NCBI RefSeq assembly: GCF_964355755.1
Contig: NC_092679.1
Coordinates: 13,437,432-13,501,431, forward strand
DNA: 64,000 bases
Source: Antedon mediterranea
Taxonomy: Eukaryota > Animalia > Echinodermata
Direction: 5' to 3'
A program made the translations under genes and the position numbers. Shown piece by piece: positions 24,901 to 39,500 of the stretch. The notes beneath the pieces were generated by a model, which did no database searches, had not been told where the DNA came from, and saw only the letters and a program-made list of their open reading frames with translations. The stretch's first letter is position 1. Every line of letters begins with the position of its first letter.

Positions 24901-27448
24901 CTCCGCCCCCTTCCCACCAGTTTGAAAGCATGGGTTAGACTATTTTATGACCAATGTTGTTATATATACAGAATTTATATATACAGAATTTATATATACA
25001 GAATTTATATATACAGAATTTATATACACAGAATTTATTTCTTATTTAGGTTACATCTACCATATTCCATTTTTCAATTTACACAGATGAGCAGAAACCG
25101 CCCTTCCACTCCACGTTTTGTGTATGGTTATATCAAAGGAATAACAGATATTACCGTTACCTCTCTTCTGTGTAAATTAGCCTTTAATTTCCAATTGTAG
25201 ACCGATAACCAATATATGCACTGATTATGTTTAAATAACATAGCATAAAACTAACTCCAAATAACGAGAGGCAAGATTCAATGTTTCGATCTGTATTTGA
25301 CTATGATCAGGAATGATCAAATCAAGATCGAAACGTTGAATCATGGTTTGCGCCTCTTGTTATTTGGAGTTAGTTTTATGCTATGTTATTTAAACATAAT
25401 CAGTGCATATATTGGTTTTTAGACTGATTTAGAAGTGTCTTCAGAAGATGACCACTTACAAGAGGTCAACAAATAATGGCCAGACTATTTTATGACGTAT
25501 ATTTACAGAATATATAAATATTTGGAAGGCATACCACTACTTTATTTTCATGCAACCTTAATTTCTATAATTGTGTTAGTGTGATGTTTAATTTTAATCA
25601 ACTTACCACATAATGAAAATATAAACAGCATACAATAACAACATTACTAGTGATTCATACCTGCAAATTAAAATACATACAATTTAATTACGCATATATT
25701 ACTAGATAAATTACATTAATTTTTATTATGTAATCATTTTCATTCATTTAAATCAGACATTTCACTACAAATATTCTTACCAGCAATTTTACAACATGAC
25801 TTTTTATGTTCATTTTTATTGTTTGGTTCATGACAATCTTTAAATTACACAATAGTGGCTTTCAATTTTTGTTAAGATTAACCTAGGTCAAGTCAATCGA
25901 TGTATCTGCCGTCAGAAACCATCAAAACTATGTCGATGTGAGGAGCCGGTTGTCGAAAATCAAAAGCTCCCTAATGTCCTAATGTGGTTTCATACCTACA
26001 AGATGGGTGGCAACCTTTTTGTTTCATTTTCTTATTATTTGATATCTGCTATTGTGATTTGGTTACTTGTATTGAGATTCAACAAACTGGATACAGCTAC
26101 AGGGATTTTGTCTAACCAAAAAAAAAAATAATGGCTTACCACTGTACTTTTCCATCATGAATAACATATATCAACATCCCTATGGAAACGGCATAAACAG
26201 TTGTGTCTCTAAATAAGGGCCACCAGGTCAATGAAACCACCTAACAAAAGGAAAGACAAAGAGTATTATGCCTAACAAGGGATTGGATTGAGGGAATATG
26301 TGCTTTAAATGAAAACATAGTTGAATATATGATTTCCCATGAACCAGGTTTATAAAAGTGAAACAAATTAAATACAGATATGAAAATGTATTTAAAAGTG
26401 AAATTGGTTTTGAAATGAAAAGGGTTTTAGTATACAATTGAGAATGATAATGAGGAAAACAATGTACACAATATTCAATATTACATTTTGTGATATTTAG
26501 AGTGACGAATCTTGGGTATGGACCCTTAAAGTAAGTAGGGATTCTGAATAATTTGGAGATTTATGAGTGATGACCCTTGATTGCATGAGGATTATTTAGT
26601 TAGTGGGGACCCTTAAGTGAGCGGAGACGATTGAGTGAGCGGAGACGATTGAGTGAGGGGTACACCTTTCAGTTAGAGGGGATCCTTGGGTGAGCAAGGA
26701 CCCTTAAGTGAGTAAGAAGAATCCTCATGCAATCAAAGGTCATCACTTACTTGAGTATTAATGAACTGAATGAGTGGGAAAGCCTAAAGTGAGTGGGAGA
26801 GCCTTGAGTGAATGGGGCGCTTGAGTGAATGGGGCCCTTGAGTTAGAGGTGACCTTGGGAGAGAGGTGACCTTTGAGTGAGTGGGAACTGTTGACTGAGT
26901 AGGAATCTTTAGAGAATCGTTTAGTGTATGGGGACATAAGTGAAAATATGTAAAAATTAAACGAATACCTGTCCAGCAAATAACGAACATATTCCTATTA
27001 TAATTAAAACATTAAAGACGGCTGAACCAATAATAGTGCCCACACCAACATCACCATTTGCTATAAAAACACCTGAAAAAACAAAAAATAAAAATAGATA
27101 ATAATATATGAACATGTTAGCATTGCCATTAATGCTGTTATTAATGCTAAGTAATGGATTTGAGCTCGATTTTTAAAAGATTTCATAAATATTAATTCAT
27201 TCAACGCTAATGGCTTTGCTTAATTAAACTGAATCACAGAGTGCCGTAACTAGACAACTGAAATTGAGGATTAAAGTGAAGCGGAAATTATTTTACAGAA
27301 CAGGTTTGTAAATTAAACTAATTTTACTCGCCGTTAAATTTTGAATGGTAAATAAACAAGGTTTTTAGTGATGGTGATGTAAATAAATAGAGGAAACGGT
27401 ACAGATTGGATTGAGTGTTCAGGATGTATAATGTTCATTGCCTAATGT

Positions 27449-27521
<73 letters not shown>

Positions 27522-30500
27522 TAAAGATGAAATGTATATGGGGTGGACACAGGGGTGTTGTCCTAGTTTTGTGCTATTAATTTCTAATCCTTGGCAACTA
27601 GTGTATAGTATTAAAAGTCTCACATTGGATAGTTTAACCAACTGCAAATAGTGAATTGAATATAACAATTTTTTTTTTGTGACGAATAATTGAATTTCTC
27701 TTTCTTTAATACTGTAATGTGGAGAACGTTATTTCGTCTGTGCCTGAACATTAGTAAAAAGTCTTATGCAACTCCTCCACCCACCTTCAATTTAACCTTT
27801 GACCGCAACTGATCTATAGCCTAAAACATGATGGGTGGGTTTTTCTAAACATCAGTAAAATACCCATCTATACAAATCCTGGGTAATCCAAGGGTTCAGA
27901 CACAATCACTTACCAGACTAAGTATCAACTATCCAGTGTTACTGACAATTGGAGTTTGAAACCAGCTTATCCAGGTAAAAAAACTATAGTATGAACAGGA
28001 CTCAAAGGGCATGGTTTAAAATTGTGAGCTGCTACCCGACTTTATAAACCTATAGACCTATGCGTTTCATGAAAAACAGAGTCTTAACATAACCAATATT
28101 CATTGGATTGACTTATGTAATTATACTTGCACGTGTAAATGTTTTATGAGACAAAGATGCATTATTATAGTAGATGTCTTGTCAAATTCTAATAAAAAAT
28201 GTATGAAAACACTTCGTTATTGTACACATTAAACAGAGTATTTCAATTTATCTGGCTCGTGAATGTATTTGCTTTTATTGCTGCATCATTTATTTCGACT
28301 CGCAAAATAGTAGCTTGAATAAGTCAACGCTTTTGGATACCTTTATTTAAAGTAAGTTAGGTGGTCTTGCAAAATAATAGCTTGAATAAGTCAATGCTTT
28401 TGGATACCTTTATTTAAAGTAAGTTAGGTGGTCTTGCAAAATAATAGCTTGAATAAGTCAATGATTTTGGATACCTTTATTTAAGTAAGTCTCGCAAAAT
28501 ACTAGCTTGAATAAGTCAACACTTTAGGTGGTGAATCATAGTTTATAATTCCAAATTTTACCTTTCTAAATTAATTCGTACAATCAAAACAATTTTTATT
28601 AGAGACCATCAGATGATGGATCATGGGTCAACATTCAGATAAAGATCGTAGCCTAGACTGATCACAGGTAAACGGATAAATAATATACAGGAGTGAAAAC
28701 AAAATCTCCATTGTTAGTCATTACATCAACATGCCACAGAACAATTTAATGATAAACATAAGAAAGCAGCACTCATTATGATCTTATTTCAGAAATGTGT
28801 GCTTTAACAAATGTAAATGTTAATGCAGAGCTTTAATAAGAACGTAAATGTTGCTGTAGACATTTTAGTCTTTTCTTTGTTGATGGGCATCGTTAAAAAA
28901 TAAGCCATAATATACAGTGGAAAACAAAGGTTTCTTAAAGCAGGAATTGTCAGCATTAAGACAATAAGTTTAGTAAGCAGGTCAGACTATTTGTTTCAAG
29001 ACACCAGCATACTCCAAGGTAAAAAAAGGTTGTAGTCTTGCAAATAAGTTGCATCTATAGTAAGGTGGCCCCTTAAGGCTGGTTCCCACTAGAACGTAAC
29101 GCAAGCGTTTTAACCAAAGACAAGCGAAGTTATAGACAGTTAGCAACCACAAGCGAATAAGCCATCGCTTGTGATTGGTCAATTCACTTGCGTTGCGTTA
29201 CGTCCTTGCGTTGCGTCGCTAGTGGGAACCACGCTTTAAGGCTAATTTACAGACGATGATGGTAAGCGGTAACATTGAGTGGAAAATATGTCATTTCTTT
29301 TGACCATTTACACAAAAAATGGAGTGGACAAGATGAGAGCGAACCCACTCAGGATCAACACAGATTCGATGTGGGACAAGCTTACCGCTCGTCCGTGTAA
29401 ATTGGCCTTTAGAGGCCAGTACAGGTGATCACTTGGATTAGTACATATGTGAATGCAGGATTGCCAGAGAATACTGTAAAATGATCTTATGTAAAGTATT
29501 GATGCAATAGAAATAGATGCACAAGAACCACAAGCTTCAAAAAGGTACTGGTTTTATGATTTTTGCTTTTTATATCTAAATGCTAATTTCGAATATCAAA
29601 TATATATGAATGTAATAACAAGAATATGATAATTCTGCTACATTTTAACACCTTAATAACCAAATCACCATATAAATCGATGATTTAAAGGTTCTTGATT
29701 TCACATACCGTACATGAAGTTAATAAAAAACAGGAGATTGATGTATTTTAGCTCTGAAAGAGATTTCTAAATGATGTTCGTATTCAACACCACCCACTAG
29801 GTGTGAAGAGTGCACTGTCACAAGTGGTGGCTATGTGGGGAGAATCTCTTTCTTTTGCTTTTTTTTTATATTTTATTGCAGAAAACAACACATATCAAAA
29901 TTTAGTTATCTTTGTATTCTGAAAGAAAATGTTTAGAATATGTCAAAAGACATGTCTAAAATACCTGTCTCCCAGCCAAATTGGCACATATGATTTCAGA
30001 ATGATAGAAAATAAAACTCACCGATGACTGAAGTAAATAATTCCGGTGCGGAACTGCCTGCAGCCATAAATGTAGCACCTGCAACATCTTCGCTAAATCC
30101 AAGTCTCTGAAGTAAAATTATAAAATCGATAACATTAAATATGCAAGGCTATATTAATTCAGTATTAATATCAACTTCTATTGATCTCTTCACAAAAATA
30201 GTATTAAAATGAAAATATAAATTTCAACTCTTAGATTTAAAAGATATCTATTATGTATTTCATACATATCCAACATTAAGTAATTCAGATGGATAAACTA
30301 TATCATGCTAATATAAAATTAAGCGTCATTTGAGGTTTTGGATTGGAGTATGGTTGATATGAGCTACAACCCTGAAACCCTGAAACCTGGTCAGAATTGA
30401 ACCCTGGACCATCAAGCCACATTGGATCATATGGCAACATGACACTGGTATAGGAACCAGTGCGCAAGGGCTTATGGCAATATCGAACTGATCATTTATG

Positions 30501-33500
30501 GTTGTGGTTACCGCACATGTGATGTTTTTTTTTTCAGTTGCACTCAGTTTCTTTCAGTTCCGAAAAGAAAGAAAGATAAACTCGACACAACTCAACTGCT
30601 GCGTTTTTTTTAGTTGAGTTCTTTTCAGTTCCATGTTAACATAAGGTGACCTTTTAATACCTAATGACAAATATTAATGTTAAAAATTAATCCAAATTAT
30701 AATCTACAGTACATATTTGTACATTACCGGTAACTTTCAATGAATACATAAGATAATATAATACAAGGCTGCTAGACTTGATGTGACTCCTCAGGGAATA
30801 GTACCTGGAAAGTTTAACAACATTTCAGTCCACAGTGCATCACTATATCATTTATATGCGCTGTATTCACTGATCCATCTATCATTATTATTATTTATTA
30901 CTTGATTACAGAAATCGTGGTAATATGATGTCAAGCGACAGAAATTCATAACTATAGTTTTTTATAGAACAGATAAAAATTTAAATATATGTACATCAAT
31001 ATTCTATGCCATCTCTGTATAATATAATTATTACATTCATTCACGTATTGCATGAAATAGAATGTGTATTTAATTTTCATCTTCTTTCATCTTTATCAAA
31101 AGTGGCATATAGAATAAAGATATTATATATATGATCTTTCTTTATATACTTTCTTGCCAAATCTATTGATTTAGAATCTCCTAATTCCAGGCCCCACTAA
31201 AAATCATTTTGTAAATTTCATGCTTAATTGGAATTCCAACATTAGAATAAATTAAAATATTTGATTTAGATTAAGTCAGTCCTCACAGGAATATTTTAAT
31301 CTTTAACTTGCTTGGAGTAAACAAAATAAGTCGCCGTACAACCAGAGGCTCATTGGAGTGTATGCGTCATTCTATGAAATTCCAGGTACAATATTCCAGC
31401 AGACAATATTCCAGCATCACAATGCCAATAGCTCTGGATCTCAATCATTCTGATAAAAACTCATGGAATTACATTGCAAACATCACAATGTCAGCACCTC
31501 ACTGAAATGGATCTTTAACAGTCACACACACACTCAGAAATGCCATATACTGCATGGCAAACAAGAAATCACAATGTCAGCACCTCACTGAAATGGATCT
31601 TTAACAGTCACACACACTCAGAAATGCCATATACTGCATGGCAAACAAGAAATCACAATGTCAGCACCTCACTGAAATGGATCTATAGTCACACACACTC
31701 AGAGATGCCATATACTGCATGGCAAACAAGAAATCACAATGTCAGCACCTCACTGAAATGGATCTACAGTCACACACACTCAGAGATGCCATATACTGCA
31801 TGGCAAACTAGATAATCACAATGTCTGCATCTCATTAAAATGGGTCTAAAGTAATTCTCTAAGACACCAGGTACTGCATTGCTGATAACATGACAATGTC
31901 AGCACCTCATTGAAGTGGGTCTACAGTCATTCTCTAAGACTCCAGGTATTGCATTGCATACAGCAACATAAAAATATCAGCACCATATTGAAGTGGATCT
32001 GCAGTCATTCTCCAAGACTCCTGGTACTACATTGCAGACAACATTTTTCCAAATCACAAAGCTTTATTAAAAATTGTCATTCTCGGAAATTACTGCATTC
32101 TACAAAATATTCTTACATTGTCAGTTGGTCTGGTTAGTACAGACATTTTGTTGCCAATAAACTTCAGGTAATCAACCATTATACCGCCATGGTTATGGGT
32201 CTATTCAAATTCATAGGCTAAAGGCAATGCCATAGGGAAATCAAATACATTAATCAATCCGTTAGAAAATGCCAAAACACAGTATACGAATAATAAATAT
32301 TTAAATTTAATGGAAAGAATATTGTCATTATATTGGCGCCATAAACAAGTTTGAAGAATACAACAAAACACATACACAAATTCAGAGGGTATGATTGGTA
32401 GTCATTAGTTAGTATTTTTAATCAATTATTCATAATTACCTCACAAATCTTCTCAAGCGATGAGACAAAGTAATCATCACAAACAATAGCAAGTGCCACA
32501 AACATATATATCACCTGAAAACAAATTTGGGATTCAATAGTAAACAATTCAATTTTTGATTTTAGAATGGACACTATATTAAATTAAGAAACGAAAATCA
32601 TGTTTAATCAGTGTTCATTATAGTAGTGATATAATGTTAAAATTCCCCATTCCTGCACCTGGGATATTATCGTTTATGGTTGAGTTTTGAGTTGTATCAT
32701 TATTAAAAATACTTTCACGATTGTATAGCCATTGCTTTCCTGATTCTATAATTAATTGTTTAAGAATTAAATCTTATGAAGTGACTACTGATAATTTGAT
32801 AAAAAATTACAAATACAAGTTCAGTAAATGGTAAAAGCCTCCAGAAGTACATAGCCTACCATAAGGCCATTAAACTCCTTTTCAAATCTTATTTTGTTAG
32901 CACTAACTTTTCGCAGGCCATATGAAACGCAACCTGTGAGAACCCTTGTCTTGAAAATTGTAGGTGTGGTGCTGCAAACCATGGGGGGGGGGGGGGATTG
33001 TTGCTGTTTGTACATTGGTTACAAAATGTAAGTTAAGGGGTTAGGAGGGGTTAGGCGAGTGATACCTCAAATGAGAAGGCCGTTCCTGCTGAGCTGCTTT
33101 GGGTTTAACAAAACTGCTAACAATAACATTAACAGTGACGTAACGCAGAGACCTGAGGTCCCTGGTTTAGGGACCCTAGTGGCCCTCCAACGCTGGAGCT
33201 CTTTGGCATTTTTTTCAACATATATTTTAATGCCTGTTTTCTTACTCTTGGCTCTGCTTAGGCCCCTTAAGCTCTGGGCCCCCTGGGTTTAACCAGTGAG
33301 CGCTCGAGCATACTTTAGCCGTTATCCCAGTGAACTTAAGATGAGATTTAGCTTTAAATAAACATTAACTTACGACCATTACATGAACAGCCAAAGCACC
33401 AGTTTTTCTTTGTTGATTGGTGAATAGATCAGGAGGAAATTCATGAATTGCTGAAAAGGAAAAATTATTATTAATCTTAATAGTTATTTCAGACTTTCTA

Positions 33501-36500
33501 TCTAAAACCAATACATACAATGGACACACATTTTCCTTTGTTGCATCCTCTTCTTTCATCCAACATTCATTTTTTGGTTTGACTTGGTGCAATATATTTA
33601 TTTGATTTTATTATCATTATTATATATAAATGCTGGTGGCAAGATCTTTAAGATGTCTACAAAAAAGAACAATCTGAATACGGCTTAAAAGCCCCAACTA
33701 ATTCAAGCATCATCAAAACAATGCAATGGCGGTCTCAATTTGACCCTCCTCAGAAGGTTATTAAATGATGGAGGAACTACTCTCTGCGAAGTTATAAACT
33801 TCAAATTGAATACACACCACTGTTGGTCCGACAAGATATTTTTGGGGAATTTGACAAAAATCAAGGTTCGGCAACAATAATATTTGATGAGTCAGATATC
33901 AAACGTTGTTAACAAAAAATCATTCAAAACAGATATTTTGCTTTAAAAATAAAGCATGTTATTGCTTTTTTTCTCTTAAATCTCAGATGGAAAATCCAAA
34001 GATAAATAATGAATAACTCAGCTTTTCACTTTAAATCCCTTTATACTGTTAAATGGCATTACAGATTAAAAATAGAAAAAGGGGGAAATCCCTTGAAGTT
34101 TTCACAAGATTTTTTCTCAAAAGTAATTTATTGGTTTACTATCAAAGAACTACTTATATTATTATACGAATCGAAACCAGAAGAAATGTTTTCATCAAAA
34201 GTAATGATTATTAATTTGTAATAAATTTATCCCAGAGCGTTATTTAATAATATTTTAAGTATTGTAATTTATTTTATTTCAAATCCTTTATTTTAGTCTT
34301 AAGAGGTTGAACAACCTCCAATACAAAAGTAGATATTTCTACAAATATATTGAACCAACCTAATCATTTAAATAGTATATTGCATTTGTTTTTCCTTTTC
34401 TACAATACACATCCAATAGCAAACAATTAAATTAACAATGCTATTTCTTGTTTTATATTATAATAGGGGGTTAAACATGTCAGGAGTAATCTTGTTTTGA
34501 TTTGATTTGATTTACAAAATGATAACATAAATTACTGACATTACGAATAATACATTTATAAAAGTTTTTTCCAGGATAGCCCAAAAGGCTTATTTTTGCC
34601 ACCTTTATTAGTTATGTTATTTTTTTGCCTTGTTTAAAAAAAATAGAAAAAAGGGGGAAATCCCTTGAAGTTTTCACAAGATTTTTTCTCATTTTAATCA
34701 TTTAAATAATATATTGCATTTGTTTTTCCTTTTCTACAATACACATCCAATAGCAAACAATTAAAGTAACAATGCTATTTCTTGTTTTATATTATAATAG
34801 GGGTTAAACATGTCAGGAGTAATCTTTTTTTGATTTGATTTGATTTGAATTTTTTAGGAAAATCATCATAAAAATACATACAAAGTGATAACATAAATTA
34901 TTGACATTACAAATAATACAATCATTTATAAAAGATTTTCCAGGATAGCCTAAAAAGCTTATTTTTGCCACTTTTATTAGTTATGTTATTTTTCTTGCTT
35001 GTTTATTTATTTGTCATCGTAAATAAAAGAGAATAACAAAAAAGTATATGAAAATAATAACATGTTAAGGCTATAAAAGTGACTGCTAAATACCAGGATT
35101 TGTACCAGGATTCTGGAATTTATAAGCAATATTATTAACCACAGAGCTACATTGCCACTACGACACACTTGAGCCCCTCTATGGATTATAGACACTGTCA
35201 ATATTTCAGTCCTTCAAATATTAATAATTGCATTATTCATAAATATAGGAAATAAGTCTAGCATATCTGAGGTACTTACTATTGATCTAAATTAAGATTC
35301 AAAATCTATAAGAGCGGCCCTCGAAAGTCATAATACTATATTCAAATATATTTATATTCACGATGTTAGATCATCCATGTAATTCAATTGATTGGAGAGT
35401 TATTCTATATATAGTACTATATATCCATAGCAATTAATGACAATAAGTGGTCGTAAACTGAGGATTCATGGGGTGTTGAGATCCAGGGTGAACAGGAGGG
35501 GCAAACTCCGCTTTAAGAGAGACAGGAAGATGAATTGGACTTTATTTAGAATTCAAATATATTCCACTGAGTCAAATTCATAGAAAAGTTTCTCCTCAAT
35601 AGGGGTGTCCTAAAGGGTATTTATACAGTACAAACTAATTTATGTTATAAAAGAGAGTGCTTATGTTATTTTCATTGATTGCACAAAAAGATCTTAACAA
35701 TATTAAGAGTATGTATATATGGAAAGTTCATCAAATTATCTGAACAGTTAACCATACATTTACATTAATTTGTTTTTAGTATTTAATTATTTCTTACAAA
35801 AGTGGTTTTTTTTTAATTGTAAACACTAAAATTGTAAAATAGCATAATTTGATAAATTAAATATAATATATATTTTTGCTGACGGCAAAAAAAAGATCTC
35901 AACTAAATAAAAAGTAATGTACCGTACAGTACCATGGAAAGTAATGTACCGTACAGTACCATGGAAAGTAATGTACCGTACAGTACCATGGAAAGTAATG
36001 TACCGTACAGTACCATGGAAAGTAATGTACCATGGAAAGTAATGTACCGTACAGTACCATGGAAAGTAATGTACCGTACACTGCCATGGAAAGTAATGTA
36101 CCGTACACTACCATGGAAAGTAATGTACCGTACAGTACCATGGAAAGTAATGTACCGTACAGTACCATGGAAAGTAATGTACCGTACAGTACCATGGAAA
36201 GTAATGTACCGTACAGTACCATGGAAAGTAATGCACCGTACAGTACCATGGAAAGTAATGCACCGTACAGTACCATGGAAAGTAATGTACCGTACAGTAC
36301 CATGGAAAGTAATGTACCGTACAGTACCATGGAAAGTAATGTACCGTACAGTACCATGGAAAGTAATGTACCGTACAGTACCATGGAAAGTAATGTACCG
36401 TACAGTACCATGGAAAGTAATGTACCGTACAGTACCATGGAAAGTAATGTACCGTACAGTACCATGGAAAGTAATGTACCGTACAGTACCATGGAAAGTA

Positions 36501-39500
36501 ATGTACCGTACAGTACCATGGAAAGTAATGTACCGTACAGTACCATGGAAAGTTTATCAATTTATATGAAAAATAAAACCATACATGTTAAATGGTTTTA
36601 GTTTTGTTTCTTACTAACATGTTTTTTTTACTGTAAACACTAAACTTGTAAAATAGCATAATTTGATCAATTGTAATACATTTTCAAATATATTAGTTGA
36701 CTTTAGGCTATTCTTCATGTTTAATGACCAATTAAACTAATTCATATGGCTCTTATAAAACCATTAACATCAAGTGTTAAATGACATTGATTTTATGGAT
36801 CAATATCAAATAACTTCTTCACACAAACCACGACTGTTATGATAAAGTAAAGATGACATTCTTTGGATATTTTTCCTTACTTGGCGGTGTGCAATTCTGC
36901 TGTAAATGTTCGTCGGAAACATCATCTGATGAGTTGTCCGTTTCCACTGACATCAAATGTCTTCTAGAATTAAATTCAGCTCTTGATTCTGTCAAAGAAA
37001 AAATAGTATTCTTATTGTAACTTAAGGTGTAATGTATTTGTGGACGTAGATTTTAAGATCCTCATTCAGGGGACCAAATTAAGATTTACCCTTGAGCGAA
37101 CAGGTTTTAACACCACGGAAAAAAAAACCTGTTTTCAGTAGACTCTCCTGTTAAGGGGATACAGAAACTAAAACTAAGACCCTATATAGGCCTACCTTTT
37201 GACACATGAGGCCAAGGTGTACACAAAAACAATTAGGCTTACTTTTTTATGTTATGTTTGACAATTTAAACGACTTTTAAAAACGTATTATCGGTAGGCC
37301 TATACCCGGTATTCGTTCACTTGTACGTCGATTGTGCGCAATGAATGAAGAAGCCAGGGATTTCCCAAGGAAAACTTGACCAAGGACCATATTTTTACGA
37401 CGTATTAGGGATGTACATATGATTTAAGAACAATCGCCAGATTAAGGATATCGCCAGATTAAGGATATCGCCACACGCGCTCGCCGTACAGCCGACGCCG
37501 TAATTTGCTGTGACGTCACAGGTGTATCGCAATATCTACTAAATGAGTCCAGAGCGAGCGCGTGCGGCGATATCCTTAATCTCGTGATGGTTCTGAAATC
37601 ATATGTACTGTACATCCCTAATACGTTGTTAAAACATGGTCCTCGGTCATTAGAGGGCGTTACCAAAACACTTTGTACGTACTTGCGTATAAATGCATTT
37701 TTAATAAAACTTTGGTAGTACATTCTACAATTATTTTTAGTTTTAATAGTGACATTTTTTTTACAGGAAAGTGTGCATTTTACGCTGACTGCATACAAGT
37801 ACGACATATAGGAGAAATTAGATTCATCAGTTAGTAATTTGTGGAAAGATATCGCAGTTCGTTGTTTAGCAATGAATGTCATCATCATCATTTGTAATTA
37901 TTGCATTTTTTAAAAAGGTTGAGAAATTAATATTTTCGAAAATATTTACGGTAATTGTTTGAGCGCTCTGTATCGTGCAGGTGAATTTGAAGTGTGGCAG
38001 GAAGTGTCAAACGTAGAACAGTAACGATCGGGAGAGGCATATCGATTTGTCGAATGCTTCGGTCGATAGTGTCTCAGTTTTAGACATCTACACAAATACA
38101 TTACATGAAATAGTCGATATTTGTAAACAGAACAGAACAGTGACTAAATTATTATCATAATTGAATATATTCACACTTTTCTTCAAAAGAGAGGTCCAAA
38201 GAAATGTGCCACTGTGAAGGCGCTAACAAGAATGAGAGTTGCACCGGTGAGGATTTATTATACACACATTTATAAAAAAAATTGGTTTGGTTTTAATGAA
38301 GCAGTTGGCCTAATTTTCTTTCGAACATTCACTTTATTTTTTAGATAATCTGTTGTATATTGAAAATGAATATCCGGTTATATTTGTTCTTGAAGTGATT
38401 TAAAGCTCAGTTCACACTAGCACGCAACGCAAATATGTACGCGCACCGCAAAGTAATTTGAACAATCATGACGCGATGAACAATCCGAACGGTCGCTTTT
38501 TTTGGGATTTGTCAACTCACTTGCGTTCCGCCTAAGTCCTTGCGCTGCGTCAAAATTGGGAACCATTAAGATTTAGTGTTCGAAAATTTAGGATACCGCT
38601 ATAGCTAAATAGTAAGTTGCTATAATCAAACTACAGTATAAATTGTTTTCATGATGATTTTTTTTTTTGTATTTTTTTTTTTGTATAAAATTATTTTTAA
38701 ATGTTACTCCTCTCCTATCCATAATTGCGTATCGTTTTACATTTTAAGTATTTTAAATTAAGAATGAAGACATTGACGGACTTAAGAAATGCAAATTTCG
38801 ATCACTAGGCCTACGTTGAAAATGTACTGTAAAGGTCAATACGATATTTCACAATCACGGCTTTACAACATTTGCAAAGTACACCAGTAATTTACGTCAC
38901 ATTAATTCGTTCAAAATATGTCTTTAAGTCCGGTCAGTATAATTGACAAGACCTTGTTTATACTTTCTCTCCATTAGTACTAACAGACGTTAAATTAATG
39001 TCATTGTGAAATCAGAACCAGTGTTTTTATTTTATTTAGCGAAAGTTCTTTCACATCAGAATTCAAATAAAAGGCTGGTAGAAAACAATGGTGAGTAGGT
39101 GTGTTATTTACAATGAAAATGCATGTTGTAGCTAGAGGTGTAATTAAAATCCAGAAATAACATGCTAAAGCATGATATAGATAAATTATGGCTACGGTTA
39201 TCGTTTATGGTTAAAGTAACCATATAACTGGATCGAGTCACATTGTCTGCAAATAGAACCTACTAACAGAGTTAACCGCCATGTCCTAAAAGTGAATACA
39301 GCATTACTATTCTAGATGAACTACGATAGTTCCGGCGGGGGATAGTTTAACCCTAGCTTAAGTTGTGCATGCTTCATTTACTCTCTATTCTTAATTCTGG
39401 CCCCGAAACCTTGACTCAGAAATACCGGGATGGTGTCCGGCGGGGGATAGTTTTACCTTAGTTAAGCATAGTTAAGCTTAGTTACATTTTTTTTTCTTCA

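Noticed and set aside
31540-31815. Repetitive [16 protein letters not shown]...
   Set aside because: Translation of an intronic minisatellite, antisense to SLC24.
35899-36601. Four long overlapping ORFs ([18 protein letters not shown] and similar repeats)
   Set aside because: They arise from a stop-free 27-bp minisatellite in an intron. There is no splice or domain evidence.
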